Assembly (NCBI GenBank): GCA_026983835.1
Contig: JALSTH010000104.1
Location: 3,862 to 67,861 of the forward strand
Length of the DNA stretch: 64,000 nucleotides
Reading direction: 5' to 3'
From: Candidatus Zixiibacteriota bacterium
GTDB lineage: Bacteria; Zixibacteria; MSB-5A5; UM-FILTER-46-8
Shown here: positions 1 to 9,441 of the stretch, piece after piece
Layout of the letters: each line of letters begins with the position of its first letter
How positions within the stretch are numbered: position 1 is the first letter of the stretch
The notes under the pieces: model-generated
Seen by the model: only the letters and a program-made list of their open reading frames with translations
The model's database searches: none
Told to the model about the DNA's origin: nothing
Made by a program: the position numbers and the translations under genes

Positions 1-541
1 TAACAGTATCCAAATCCACCTCGAGCTGGTTAGTCACCTGAAGATATAGTTTCCCCTCGCTTATCGTCGCCCAAGAAAACTCATCTATGGTTGTTAGCTG
101 GCTGGTAAAAGCAAACGATGAGGGAGGGACCATTCCTTGATTAACGGGGAGAAAGTCATCCAACTGAGTCTCGATTGTTTCTTCGGGAGGGGATGATATA
201 CTGACTTCCCCTAATTCCTCCGAGAATGTTTCGGTAATACCGTCTATCATAAGGCTATCACCGACTTCAAAAGTATCGACCGTTTGACGGGTCTCAATCC
301 TGGGGTCGCCGTTTTCATCGAAGATTATATTATTCTCATTCAATTCATCGATAATATCGGTAATACTATATGTTTTGCTGCTCAAAGGGATAGACCATTG
401 TGTGTCCCATTCGGGAGCTTGGGGTTTTTTGGGAGAGCATCCCGTTAATCCCAATAAGAGAAAGGTAAACAAAATTAAAGCGGATAATTGCAATAAGAGC
501 TTTATTGCTTTAATACGCTTGGATGAATTAATGATAATCAT
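1..541 (-). CDS. Lipoprotein, N-terminal part only (gene runs off the window edge). Signal peptide with lipobox-like LTGC.
   Basis: Reverse-strand translation from ATG at ~541 gives MIIINSSKRIKAIKLLLQLSALILFTFLLLGLTGCSPKK..., open to position 1. GGAGG Shine-Dalgarno sits just upstream on the minus strand. It is absent from the ORF track because it is truncated. Confidence 0.45.
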   Translation of the reverse strand, partial: MIIINSSKRIKAIKLLLQLSALILFTFLLLGLTGCSPKKPQAPEWDTQWSIPLSSKTYSITDIIDELNENNIIFDENGDPRIETRQTVDTFEVGDSLMIDGITETFSEELGEVSISSPPEETIETQLDDFLPVNQGMVPPSSFAFTSQLTTIDEFSWATISEGKLYLQVTNQLEVDLDTV

Positions 542-808
542 CGCCCCCTCCTTAAAATAAATGTCAGTTTAAAAATTCCTTTTGACAGTTAATTAAGCAA
601 TTGGCAGGCCGATACGGCAAAATTTTCGGGAATTGTATTTTATTGAATGTCAATCAGTTATTGGGTACACAATATCAGATAGGCAACAAACTATTACTTC
701 TTTTTGTGAAAGCGCTATAAGGTATTGGGATAATCCGATATATTTTTCTTTTCATTGGCGGGGAAATTATATATATTGTTTTAGGAGAATATATAATATA
801 GGGTTGGA

Positions 809-1756
809 ATGGATAAATTCAGCCGTTTGCTTTATATCATCAATACATTGAGATACAAACGCGGGATGCGTGCTAGGGAAATAGCGGACGATTGTAATGT
901 CTCTCTTAGAACCATATATCGGGATTTAAGCAGCTTATCATCAGCTGGCGTTCCCATTTATTATGAAAATGGTTATAAGATACTTAATGGCGGATTCCTG
1001 CCTCCGCTCAATTTTGAAGAGGAGGAAGCATTTTATATTATATGCGCTCTTTCAAACAATGTTGTCCCGGATGGGAGCTACAATAAGGAAATTAGAAAAA
1101 GCATTTTAGCCAAGTTAAGGGGAAGCCTTTCGGAAAGTATCGGAACTCTCGACACTCCCGAAGCCATCGCAATCTATGCGCGAGTAACCGCAAAGCCCAA
1201 TATTAAGGGTGAGATTTTTGAAACGATAAGGGAGGGTATAAATAATAATTGCGAAACCGAAATAGAATACGATTCTCTGAATTCCGGCGTATCTGGTAGG
1301 ATTGTGGATCCTTACTCCGTCGTCTTTCGGGGGCATTCTTGGTACCTGATAGCTTATTGTCATACAAGGAATGAACTCAGAACTTTCAGGCTTAGCAGGA
1401 TAATTAAAGCAAAAGGGACGGAAAGGAGATTTCGAAGAAAAGACAATTATTCCATAAAGGATTATTTTAAGGACTCATGGGAACTTTATAAAGGGAAATT
1501 GGTTGAGTTTTCAGCGGAATTTCGAGGAAAGGCGAGTAAAGTTATCTTATCGGGTATCCATCACCCCAGCGAAAGCATAAAACTTGAAAGCGGCGGCAGA
1601 GTTATATATTCGGCTAAAGCATCGGGGAGAGAAGAGATTATCAGATGGCTTATCGGGTTTGGAGAGGATGTTAAAATCCTTTCTCCTCCGGATTTAATCG
1701 AGGATGTAAAAAAGCATCTACAATCGACGCTGAATGTTTATCGGGACCCTTCATAA
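809..1756 (+). CDS. WYL-domain transcriptional regulator (N-terminal HTH, central WYL, C-terminal WCX-like; YafY/PafBC-like architecture)
   Basis: N-terminal HTH (LLYIINTLRYKRGMRAREIADDCNVSLRTIYRDL) and WYL core (DPYSVVFRGHSWYLIAYCHTRNELRTFRLSRI). Length 315 aa. Confidence 0.8.
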   Translation: MDKFSRLLYIINTLRYKRGMRAREIADDCNVSLRTIYRDLSSLSSAGVPIYYENGYKILNGGFLPPLNFEEEEAFYIICALSNNVVPDGSYNKEIRKSILAKLRGSLSESIGTLDTPEAIAIYARVTAKPNIKGEIFETIREGINNNCETEIEYDSLNSGVSGRIVDPYSVVFRGHSWYLIAYCHTRNELRTFRLSRIIKAKGTERRFRRKDNYSIKDYFKDSWELYKGKLVEFSAEFRGKASKVILSGIHHPSESIKLESGGRVIYSAKASGREEIIRWLIGFGEDVKILSPPDLIEDVKKHLQSTLNVYRDPS

Positions 1757-1960
1757 AGCACCTAAAATAGCAATTTAGAAATAATATATGGGTGGGCTGC
1801 GATGTAATATTAACTTCTCGACTCGTTTAATAAAGCGAACCAATAGTTTTCCGATAAGTCATATATAATCGCTGGTCAAACAACCGACATTGAAAATCGG
1901 GTTAGAAACTACGGATGAGCGTGTTATTATCATCCATATTAAAATAAGGTAGATGAAAAT

Positions 1961-3271
1961 ATGTTTAAGACCACATATAGACAAGATGGCGAGATCAAAG
2001 AGGTTCGCTCCCTGATAGATGAAATTGACAGCCTAAAAATCCAATTGGATAATATAAAGCATTTGGGGGCGATGATAACCTCCATATTGGATTTCGATAC
2101 AATTCTATCGGTTTTAATGGAAGCTTCCTTGGAGATGGTTAATGGGGAAGTGGGAGGGATATTGATAAACGAGGAGGGGAATTGGGTTCCAAAAATTGCG
2201 ATGGGCTTACAACCCGAATATATAAAATCATGGGAGATTAAAGGGAAAGGTAACATCTTAGATGTTCTTTTATCCACAAAACAGGTTATGCGGATGGATA
2301 ACCCTCGTGAGGCGTTGCTAATACATAGTAAAAAGATGAATGTTGAGTCTCTAATGATTGCACCGGTCCATTCTAAAGGAGAAATTATTGGAGCTGTTAT
2401 AATAGCTAATCGTACCGATGGACTTAACTTCGACGATAAGGATGTATCCAATCTTAAGATGTTGGTGCATTTTACAGCGGTAGCTATTAACAACGCAAAA
2501 CTGCTTCAGCTGACATTGGAAAAACAGCAACTTGACCATGAGCTTTCCGTTGCGAAACTTGTGCAAAGCGCATTATTACCCAGCAGAAAATTAACGATCC
2601 CGGGTGTTATCATTGATGCTTCATATATCCCCGCCAAAGAAGTTGGAGGGGATTATTATGATGTAATAATCAGGGACGATAAGCATTTCGCTGTTGTCGT
2701 CGGTGATGTAACCAACAAGGGTGTTCCCGCGGCTTTGATGATGAGTGCGGCAAGGAGTTTAATAAGGGCGGAATATCGCAATGGGAAAGATGCCGCCTCT
2801 GTTATAAATTCAATCAATCAGCTTCTCTGCGAGGATACCGAGAGGAATTCCGATATGTTTATTACGCTTTTTTATGCGCATATCGATTTAGAGACTAAAA
2901 CGATGGAATATATCAATGGCGGACATCCACCCGGTTTCCTTATACGAAAGGGAGAGGATAATATGGAGATGCTCGGTACTTCGGGGACGATTGTGGGACA
3001 ATTTCCCGAATTTCAATACAGCAGCAAGATGATTAAAATCGAAGAGGAAGATAGAATTGTATTATACACCGATGGCGCTTTTGAATGTTTCGATTCCGAA
3101 GGTCAAATGCTTGGCCTTAACGGGCTTAAAAAAATCGTCAATGAAATCAAAGATTATAAATCTCCGATGTTTTTGGAAGAGATCAATGAGCTTCTGAAAG
3201 ATTATATGGTGGACAAAAGCAAGATAGATGATTTCACAATGCTGGTTTTGGACTTTAAACAAATTCAATAA
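1961..3271 (+). CDS. GAF-domain PP2C-family serine phosphatase (RsbU/SpoIIE-like), input phosphatase of a partner-switching module
   Basis: N-terminal GAF-like region followed by a PP2C/SpoIIE core (GGDYYDV, FAVVVGDVTNKGVPAALMMS, FITLFYAHID, YINGGHPP, VLYTDG). Confidence 0.85.
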   Translation: MFKTTYRQDGEIKEVRSLIDEIDSLKIQLDNIKHLGAMITSILDFDTILSVLMEASLEMVNGEVGGILINEEGNWVPKIAMGLQPEYIKSWEIKGKGNILDVLLSTKQVMRMDNPREALLIHSKKMNVESLMIAPVHSKGEIIGAVIIANRTDGLNFDDKDVSNLKMLVHFTAVAINNAKLLQLTLEKQQLDHELSVAKLVQSALLPSRKLTIPGVIIDASYIPAKEVGGDYYDVIIRDDKHFAVVVGDVTNKGVPAALMMSAARSLIRAEYRNGKDAASVINSINQLLCEDTERNSDMFITLFYAHIDLETKTMEYINGGHPPGFLIRKGEDNMEMLGTSGTIVGQFPEFQYSSKMIKIEEEDRIVLYTDGAFECFDSEGQMLGLNGLKKIVNEIKDYKSPMFLEEINELLKDYMVDKSKIDDFTMLVLDFKQIQ

Positions 3272-3282
3272 GTGGGAAAACT

Positions 3283-3750
3283 ATGGAAAAACATCCTTTA
3301 CATTATGCCTCCCTTGAGTTGAATAACTCGGGACTTTGTATCAAAATTACCGATGATATATTAAAAGCCTTTTTGGAGTTGACATCTTTGGATGATAGAG
3401 AGAAGTATCGGCTGAGGGTGGCTGTTTCCGAAATAGTTACCAACGGTTATTTTCATGGAAATAAACAAAACGCTCAAAAACGGATGTTTTTCAGCTGCAA
3501 TGTATTTAATAACCGTATAGAGATATCGGTTGAAGACGAAGGGGATGGATTTAATGATGATGAGGTAGAAGAAAAATACGGAGCTGCCGGAGAGTATGCA
3601 ACTGGGGGAAGAGGATTAAAAATTGTCGAGAAGGTAGCCGATAGGGTAAAATGTGGAAAGACGGACAACGGGCGCTTTAGGGTATCGCTCTTAAAGTATG
3701 TGAATGCGGAGCCGGTGGAGGCAATAGGCCAAAGTATTGAAAGCTATTAA
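3283..3750 (+). CDS. RsbW/SpoIIAB-like anti-sigma-factor-type serine kinase (GHKL ATPase, HATPase_c_2)
   Basis: N-box-like VAVSEIVTNGYFHG and G-boxes EDEGDGF, GGRGLKIV. It is 155 aa and immediately follows the PP2C gene (11-nt gap). Confidence 0.75.
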   Translation: MEKHPLHYASLELNNSGLCIKITDDILKAFLELTSLDDREKYRLRVAVSEIVTNGYFHGNKQNAQKRMFFSCNVFNNRIEISVEDEGDGFNDDEVEEKYGAAGEYATGGRGLKIVEKVADRVKCGKTDNGRFRVSLLKYVNAEPVEAIGQSIESY

Positions 3751-3788
3751 TCCGAACTATTTGAGCACAAAATACAAGGAGAGCACAG

Positions 3789-4145
3789 ATGAACATTAGC
3801 AAATCAATGGTTGGAGACATTGCCGTAATTAAACTTAATGGGAGACTGGATCTTGAAACCTCAAAGACACTAAAAGGGTTGACCAAAGAGCTTATGGCTG
3901 ACAATCATAATAAAATGATTTTCGATTTAACCGATGTAGATTTTATTAATAGTTCCGGTTTGGGGACACTCGTTTCCATTCTTCGCGATGTGAATTCAAA
4001 AAAAGGGAATTTGGAGCTTTGCTCTCTTGCCCCCTACATCCAAGAGATTTTTGAAATTACACACCTTTCGTCGATATTTCGCATTTATGAGAATGAGGAG
4101 GAAGCTTTATCGAGTTTCGCGGTAACGGAAAATAAAACGGAATAA
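3789..4145 (+). CDS. STAS-domain anti-sigma-factor antagonist (RsbV/SpoIIAA-like)
   Basis: 118 aa. Contains DLTDVDFINSSGLGTLVSI, with the conserved phosphorylatable Ser in a DFINSSG context. Confidence 0.8.
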   Translation: MNISKSMVGDIAVIKLNGRLDLETSKTLKGLTKELMADNHNKMIFDLTDVDFINSSGLGTLVSILRDVNSKKGNLELCSLAPYIQEIFEITHLSSIFRIYENEEEALSSFAVTENKTE

Positions 4146-4244
4146 AAAATAAGTTAAGACGAGGTAAATCGGATGTTTCGGCTATGTTTACGCTTTCGAA
4201 TATTACAAAATTGTTAACGGCTAATCTTATTAGGGGCTAATATA

Positions 4245-4646
4245 ATGAGATATGGAATCCTGGTAATTGATGCGGATATTTTATTGAGAGATATGCTTTA
4301 CGACTTCCTTTACGATAAAGGGTATAATGTGTTCACGGCGGAAGATACGGATTCAGGTAGAGAGGCTGTGCATAAACACAAATTTGATGCCTTAATTATA
4401 AATTTGGATCTCCCCGATGGAGGAGGAATAGAACTTTTATCCGAAATAAAAAAGTCGCATCCGAAAATACCAATTATAGTTATTGCTTCGAAATTAGATG
4501 ACAATGAAAGAAAAATAGTTTATGAATTGGGCATTATCTCCTATATGGAAAAACCCTTGAAAATTTCCAAAATTGCGGCAATCCTCAAAAACTCGCTAAT
4601 GCAAAAAGACGAAACTAACCCCGTTAATTACGGTAATGATAAATGA
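4245..4646 (+). CDS. Single-domain response regulator receiver (CheY-like)
   Basis: Has VIDAD, INLDLPDGGG, VIAS and EKP motifs, which are the canonical receiver Asp/Asp/Thr/Lys positions. Confidence 0.8.
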   Translation: MRYGILVIDADILLRDMLYDFLYDKGYNVFTAEDTDSGREAVHKHKFDALIINLDLPDGGGIELLSEIKKSHPKIPIIVIASKLDDNERKIVYELGIISYMEKPLKISKIAAILKNSLMQKDETNPVNYGNDK

Positions 4647-4814
4647 AATAATTGACCCATAAATTATATGAGAAAAACTTGAATTACCGAACCGAATGAA
4701 TTATTGAAAGCAGATATTAAATAATACAATACAAAGACTCCCTTTTTAATAAGATATTCAACAAGAAGTTATTGAATTTTTCAATTTGCCGTTTTATATT
4801 GAAACAGAAAATAG

Positions 4815-5339
4815 GTGGAGAAGTATATGCCAACTTATAAAATTTTAATCGTTGATGACGAAGCTTTTGTGCGGGAATTGTTAGAAGAATTTTTAGCCAA
4901 ACAGGATTTTGAGATTTTTCTTGCCGATTGCGGAGAAGCCGGCATCAAAATAGCCGGCGAGAATGATATCGATGTGGCTTTGGTGGATTTGAAAATGCCT
5001 GGTATTGATGGACTGGAAACCCTAAAACGGCTCAGAAATATACGCCCCAACATACCGATAATTATTTTGACGGGCTATCCTACTATTGAAACCTCTATCA
5101 AAGCTTTAAGGCTTGGGGCATCTGATTATATAATTAAGCCATTTAAACTTAACGAACTAAAAGCAGTGGTGGAGAAAGCTCTCAAAGAGCGGGAATTGAA
5201 GATGGAAATAAATTTGCTTAGGGATAAAATTAAATCAATCGAAAGCAAATTAAAAAAATACGAGTTGGAAACCGAAGTCTCTTACAATCCGACAATAGAC
5301 ACCGAAAAGGACCCCGAGGATAAAAATAATCAAGAATAA
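4815..5339 (+). CDS. Response regulator receiver domain with a C-terminal coiled-coil/charged tail
   Basis: Has ILIVDDE, VDLKMPGIDG, ILTGY and IKPF. The C-terminal ~50 aa are K/E-rich and helical. Confidence 0.8.
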   Translation: MEKYMPTYKILIVDDEAFVRELLEEFLAKQDFEIFLADCGEAGIKIAGENDIDVALVDLKMPGIDGLETLKRLRNIRPNIPIIILTGYPTIETSIKALRLGASDYIIKPFKLNELKAVVEKALKERELKMEINLLRDKIKSIESKLKKYELETEVSYNPTIDTEKDPEDKNNQE

Positions 5340-5511
5340 GCAAAAACACCTTTTCTCATCAAGCAATGCCAACTATCTTCAGGAAAAAACAGATAACCCG
5401 ATAATATAACTATGCGGCGATATGGATGTCTGCCCCTTTGGGTTGAATGACCTAAATATTCTCAAAAGATTGACTTGAAATTTCTTCAACTATAGTTTAT
5501 TATTTTCCCTG

Positions 5512-5871
5512 ATGAGCGGTAAAGAAAAGGAACTTCAATATATCAATAAACTATACGGGCAAATTCTCAATGTTTACGCCCAATTGGGATATCTAATCGA
5601 CAAATCGGCTGCGGTTTTTAATGATTCATCCGCGCGGCAAATTAAATCTATTCTTTTATCCATAAATACTATTGCCAACGAAATAGGCGAATTGAAGGAT
5701 AAAATTTCGATTCGAAGAAAAATCTACTTTGAATCCGGTTGGGATATCGGGGAATTGGAAAATATTACAAAAGATTTTATAAGGGAATTCAATCCCCTAT
5801 TTGCCGAAGTATTGCGGGCGCAGTCGAGGCTCGAATCAGCAGTTAAACAAAGCGGAGTTAAAATATCGTAG
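5512..5871 (+). CDS. Hypothetical small helical protein (no His residues, so not an HPt)
   Basis: 119-aa ORF sitting between the receivers and the histidine kinase. It overlaps the extended N-terminus of ORF 5801, and its coding status is uncertain. Confidence 0.35.
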   Translation: MSGKEKELQYINKLYGQILNVYAQLGYLIDKSAAVFNDSSARQIKSILLSINTIANEIGELKDKISIRRKIYFESGWDIGELENITKDFIREFNPLFAEVLRAQSRLESAVKQSGVKIS

Positions 5872-5884
5872 GCGTAAGTATCCA

Positions 5885-7147
5885 ATGGAAGGGAAAGACG
5901 GTAATTCATTGATATCCAAGGATCGGTTGCAAGCATTCAGCGAATCGTTCGTCTCCTTTACCGAGATGACTCGACAGCTACAGGAGGCTTATCGCGAATT
6001 AGAACAAAGGTATGAGACGCTTAATAAAAAACTGAGCGAAACCAATATCGAACTGCGGCAATCATTGGCGGAAAAAGACAGACTAAGTTCATATCTAAAC
6101 GATATTCTGGAGAATCTGAACTCGGGTGTTGTTGTTATCGACACGAAGGGAGTAGTCCGTCTTTTTAACAGGGCGGCGGAGCGCATATTAAAATATAATA
6201 ATGATAATGTTATCGGCCGCAAGTGGGGCGATATTATAGATTCCCCCAATACTCCATCCGGTTGTTTGGAGACCCTCACAAAAGGAGCGGTGTTCACCGA
6301 GGAGGAGAAAGTAGTAGCTGATGGTGAAGGAGGATTGATTAACATAGGCTTTTCGACTTCCCTTTTGAAATCCCCTGATGGAGAAGTTATAGGGGCGGTG
6401 GAGGTGTTTTACGATTTAACAAAGATGAAAAATTTGGAAAGGGAAATGACTCGGGTTTCGACGCTTGCCGCTTTGGGGAGGATGGCGGCGACTATTGCTC
6501 ATGAGGTCCGCAATCCTTTGGGTGCCATAGCCGGTTTTGCAGCCTTATTGGATAAGGATACTCCCAAAGATGACGACCGTAAAAAGTTAATCGCAAAAAT
6601 AACAACCGGTATAGGAAGGCTAAATAGGATTGTAAACGGATTACTGGACTTTACGCGGGAACCGAATTTGAATATAACCGATGTCGACCTTGAATCGGTC
6701 ATTTCCGAAGTGATTGAGGAAATCGCAGCAAGGAATAATAAAAGGGGAATAATAATCGAGAGCAAAATAAACGCAAGTCTTGGCAAATATCCGCTCGATA
6801 AAGAGAGTTTTCGATTAGTAATGAATAATTTGATAGATAACGCTATCCAAGCCTCACCCGAAGGGGAGAAGGTAAAAGTGATTCTTAGCCGCAAAGGCTC
6901 TCAGGTAAGGGTGGAAGTAATCGATAAGGGAAAAGGAATTACCGAAGATGTAATAAATAGAATATTCGATCCTTTTTTTACCACTCGGGAGAAGGGAACC
7001 GGTTTGGGTTTACCGGTTGTGAAAAAACTAATCAAAGCACACAACGGAACTATTTTTGCAGAAAGCGGCGGTATAAATAAAGGGGCGAGATTTGTTATTT
7101 GTCTTCCGTTGTTAAACCCCGAACATCCTGATTACAATAAGGAATAA
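5885..7147 (+). CDS. Cytoplasmic PAS sensor histidine kinase, NtrB family (FlrB/FleS/FlgS-like)
   Basis: Coiled coil, then PAS (VVVIDTKGVVRLFNRAAERIL), HisKA H-box (HEVRNPLGAIAGFAALL) and HATPase_c (DKGKGI, GTGLGL). The start was trimmed from ORF 5801 to the internal ATG at ~5885 to avoid overlapping the upstream ORF. Confidence 0.8.
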   Translation: MEGKDGNSLISKDRLQAFSESFVSFTEMTRQLQEAYRELEQRYETLNKKLSETNIELRQSLAEKDRLSSYLNDILENLNSGVVVIDTKGVVRLFNRAAERILKYNNDNVIGRKWGDIIDSPNTPSGCLETLTKGAVFTEEEKVVADGEGGLINIGFSTSLLKSPDGEVIGAVEVFYDLTKMKNLEREMTRVSTLAALGRMAATIAHEVRNPLGAIAGFAALLDKDTPKDDDRKKLIAKITTGIGRLNRIVNGLLDFTREPNLNITDVDLESVISEVIEEIAARNNKRGIIIESKINASLGKYPLDKESFRLVMNNLIDNAIQASPEGEKVKVILSRKGSQVRVEVIDKGKGITEDVINRIFDPFFTTREKGTGLGLPVVKKLIKAHNGTIFAESGGINKGARFVICLPLLNPEHPDYNKE

Positions 7148-7151
7148 AGCT

Positions 7152-8546
7152 ATGCGGAACGATTTTAATAAAGGGATAAAGATTTTAGTAGCCGATGATG
7201 ATTCTTTAATGCGGGATTTCCTGATGGAGGTTTTATCCCGTTCGGGATATCAAGCTTTAAGTGTTCCAGACGGGAAAAGTGCTGTTGAGGCGATTAATCG
7301 GGATGACTTTAACATTATCATAACCGATGTCAAAATGCCGGGTTATGATGGGATGAAGGTCTTAAAAGCGGCATTGAGTAAAAATCCGCAATCTAAGGTT
7401 ATTCTGATTACGGGTTATGGGACAATTGAAAATGCCGTAGCCGCAATGAAGGAAGGTGCCTTTGATTATTTGACAAAAGGCGAGAAAACCTCGCCCGATG
7501 AAATAGAAATAGTGCTGAAACGGGCTATTAATTATCAAAAGCTCGAAACGGAAAACAAACGGCTGAAAAATGAGTTATCGAATAAATATTCTTTTTCCAA
7601 TATGATAGGCAAAAGTCCACAGATGTTGCGTATTTACGATATGATCAAGACGGTTGCCGACAGCAGCGCCACGGTTTTAATCACCGGAAAGTCAGGAACG
7701 GGGAAAGAATTAGTTGCCAAAGCGATACATTTTAACTCAAAGAGAAAAGATTATCCATTTATAAAACTTAACTGTGCCGCCCTGCCGGATGGATTGGTCG
7801 AATCCGAATTGTTCGGCCATGAAAAGGGCGCTTTCACCGGAGCGATAAAAACTGTGAAAGGCAGATTTGAGTTAGCTAATGGGGGCACGGTTTTATTGGA
7901 TGAAATCTCGGAAATGTCGGTTAATATGCAGGCTAAACTGTTGAGGGTTTTGCAGGAGCGGGAGTTTGAACGGATAGGTTCGAGCCGTACCATACAAGCA
8001 GATGTAAGAATCATCGCTACTTCCAATCGGAATTTGAAAGAGGAATACCGTAAAGGGCGCTTTCGGGAAGATCTATATTATAGATTAAATGTAATTCCCA
8101 TTGAGATACCCGAATTATCCGAACGCCGAGAGGATATTCCTCTTTTAATAGAACATTTTATCGAAAAATATTCTTCCAAGAACAATAAACCGATAAAAGC
8201 AATTTCGGAGACGGCAATGAAAGTTCTCTCCGATTATAGTTGGCCCGGAAATGTCCGTGAACTGGAAAATTGTATCGAAAGAGCGGTGGTCGTAAATAAA
8301 TCGGGGACAATAGAAAAAGATGACCTGCCCGGAAATATCTTTGATATTGCAAAAAACGATTTGCCGGAAAGAATCAAACCGGGTATGTCTATAAAAGAGA
8401 TGGAGAAGACTCTCATCCTGAAGACCCTCAAAAAAAGCGGGGGCAACCGAACGCATGCCGCTGAGACTTTGGGCATAACTACAAGAACCTTAAGGAACAA
8501 ACTTGCCGAGTATGGTTTGCATAGCCGTCAGATCGACTCGGAATAA
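7152..8546 (+). CDS. Sigma-54-dependent response regulator, NtrC family (receiver + AAA+ with GAFTGA + Fis-type HTH; FlrC/FleR/FlgR-like)
   Basis: Receiver (ILVADDD, ITDVKMPG), Walker A GKSGTGKE, the ESELFGHEKGAFTGA sigma-54 contact motif, and a C-terminal HTH (RTHAAETLGITTRTLRNKL). It is 4 nt downstream of the kinase. Confidence 0.9.
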   Translation: MRNDFNKGIKILVADDDSLMRDFLMEVLSRSGYQALSVPDGKSAVEAINRDDFNIIITDVKMPGYDGMKVLKAALSKNPQSKVILITGYGTIENAVAAMKEGAFDYLTKGEKTSPDEIEIVLKRAINYQKLETENKRLKNELSNKYSFSNMIGKSPQMLRIYDMIKTVADSSATVLITGKSGTGKELVAKAIHFNSKRKDYPFIKLNCAALPDGLVESELFGHEKGAFTGAIKTVKGRFELANGGTVLLDEISEMSVNMQAKLLRVLQEREFERIGSSRTIQADVRIIATSNRNLKEEYRKGRFREDLYYRLNVIPIEIPELSERREDIPLLIEHFIEKYSSKNNKPIKAISETAMKVLSDYSWPGNVRELENCIERAVVVNKSGTIEKDDLPGNIFDIAKNDLPERIKPGMSIKEMEKTLILKTLKKSGGNRTHAAETLGITTRTLRNKLAEYGLHSRQIDSE

Positions 8547-8683
8547 TCTATTGTTCCTTTCCATAATAGGGCATAATGTGGGATTGATTCGATTCTTCAC
8601 CTGAGGGTTTAATCTATTCTAAAATTGCCGATATTTTAAGTAATTATTGGTTTTTAGACGACAATCTTAAAAAAAGAGCTTAT

Positions 8684-9441
8684 ATGGATATTACTACCAT
8701 AGGGGGGTTGATTTTAGGTATCGGCGCCGTATTGTTTTCCTTTTTTATGGAGGGTGGGCATATTTCCGCAATTATCAGAATTCCCGCAATGATAATTGTT
8801 ATATTCGGAGCCATAGGCGCTACTATAATTACTACTTCCTTCGATAGCATAAAAAGTTTTCCGAAGCTAATCAAAATAGCCTTTTTCCCGGAAAAGCAAA
8901 ACGCTCCCGAGATAATTAAACAAATCGTAAATATGGCACGAAGTGCAAGGCGCGACGGTATTCTTGGGCTTGAACCATATTTAAATGAAATAAAAAATCC
9001 CTTTTATAATAGGGCCGTCCAGCTACTAATAGACGGGACGGAAATGACTGAGCTCAGGGATTTGCTTGAGATGGAGTTGGATAATATTACCAAACGGCAT
9101 AAAGCCGGGATATCGTTGTTTCAAAAATTGGGGGGGTTTTCCCCGACAATGGGAATAATCGGAACTGTCTTGGGATTCATTCCCTAGCTAACACCGATGA
9201 TGCCGGCAAAATGGCTTCCTCTATCGCCTCAGCCTTTATCGCCACTTTATGGGGCGTTGCTTTGGCAAATTTGGTTTACCTTCCCATCGGAGATAAACTC
9301 AGGCGCAGACATGAGGAAGAGATAAGGCTTTTGAATATAATATTAGAGGGAGTAGTCTCCATACAATCGGGAGAAAATCCCCGCATTATCAAAACCAAGC
9401 TATTATCCTTTATCGAACCAGAAAACCGTAAGGTCCGTTGA
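8684..9441 (+). pseudogene. motA: motA flagellar stator protein MotA/PomA family, split into two ORFs (8684..9187 and 9211..9441) by an apparent frameshift near 9180
   Basis: ORF1 ends ...GGFSPTMGIIGTVLGFIP*. An overlapping frame then continues (H)SLANTDDAGKMASSIASAFIATLWGVALANLVYLPIGDKL..., matching the MotA TM3-TM4 region. Both halves are MotA-like, and a -1 slip at ATT_CCC restores one protein. Confidence 0.7.

Noticed and set aside
375-851. Short + strand ORFs 375..560 and 633..851
   Set aside because: The first lies inside the minus-strand lipoprotein gene, and the second is AT-rich intergenic with no Shine-Dalgarno and a low-complexity translation.
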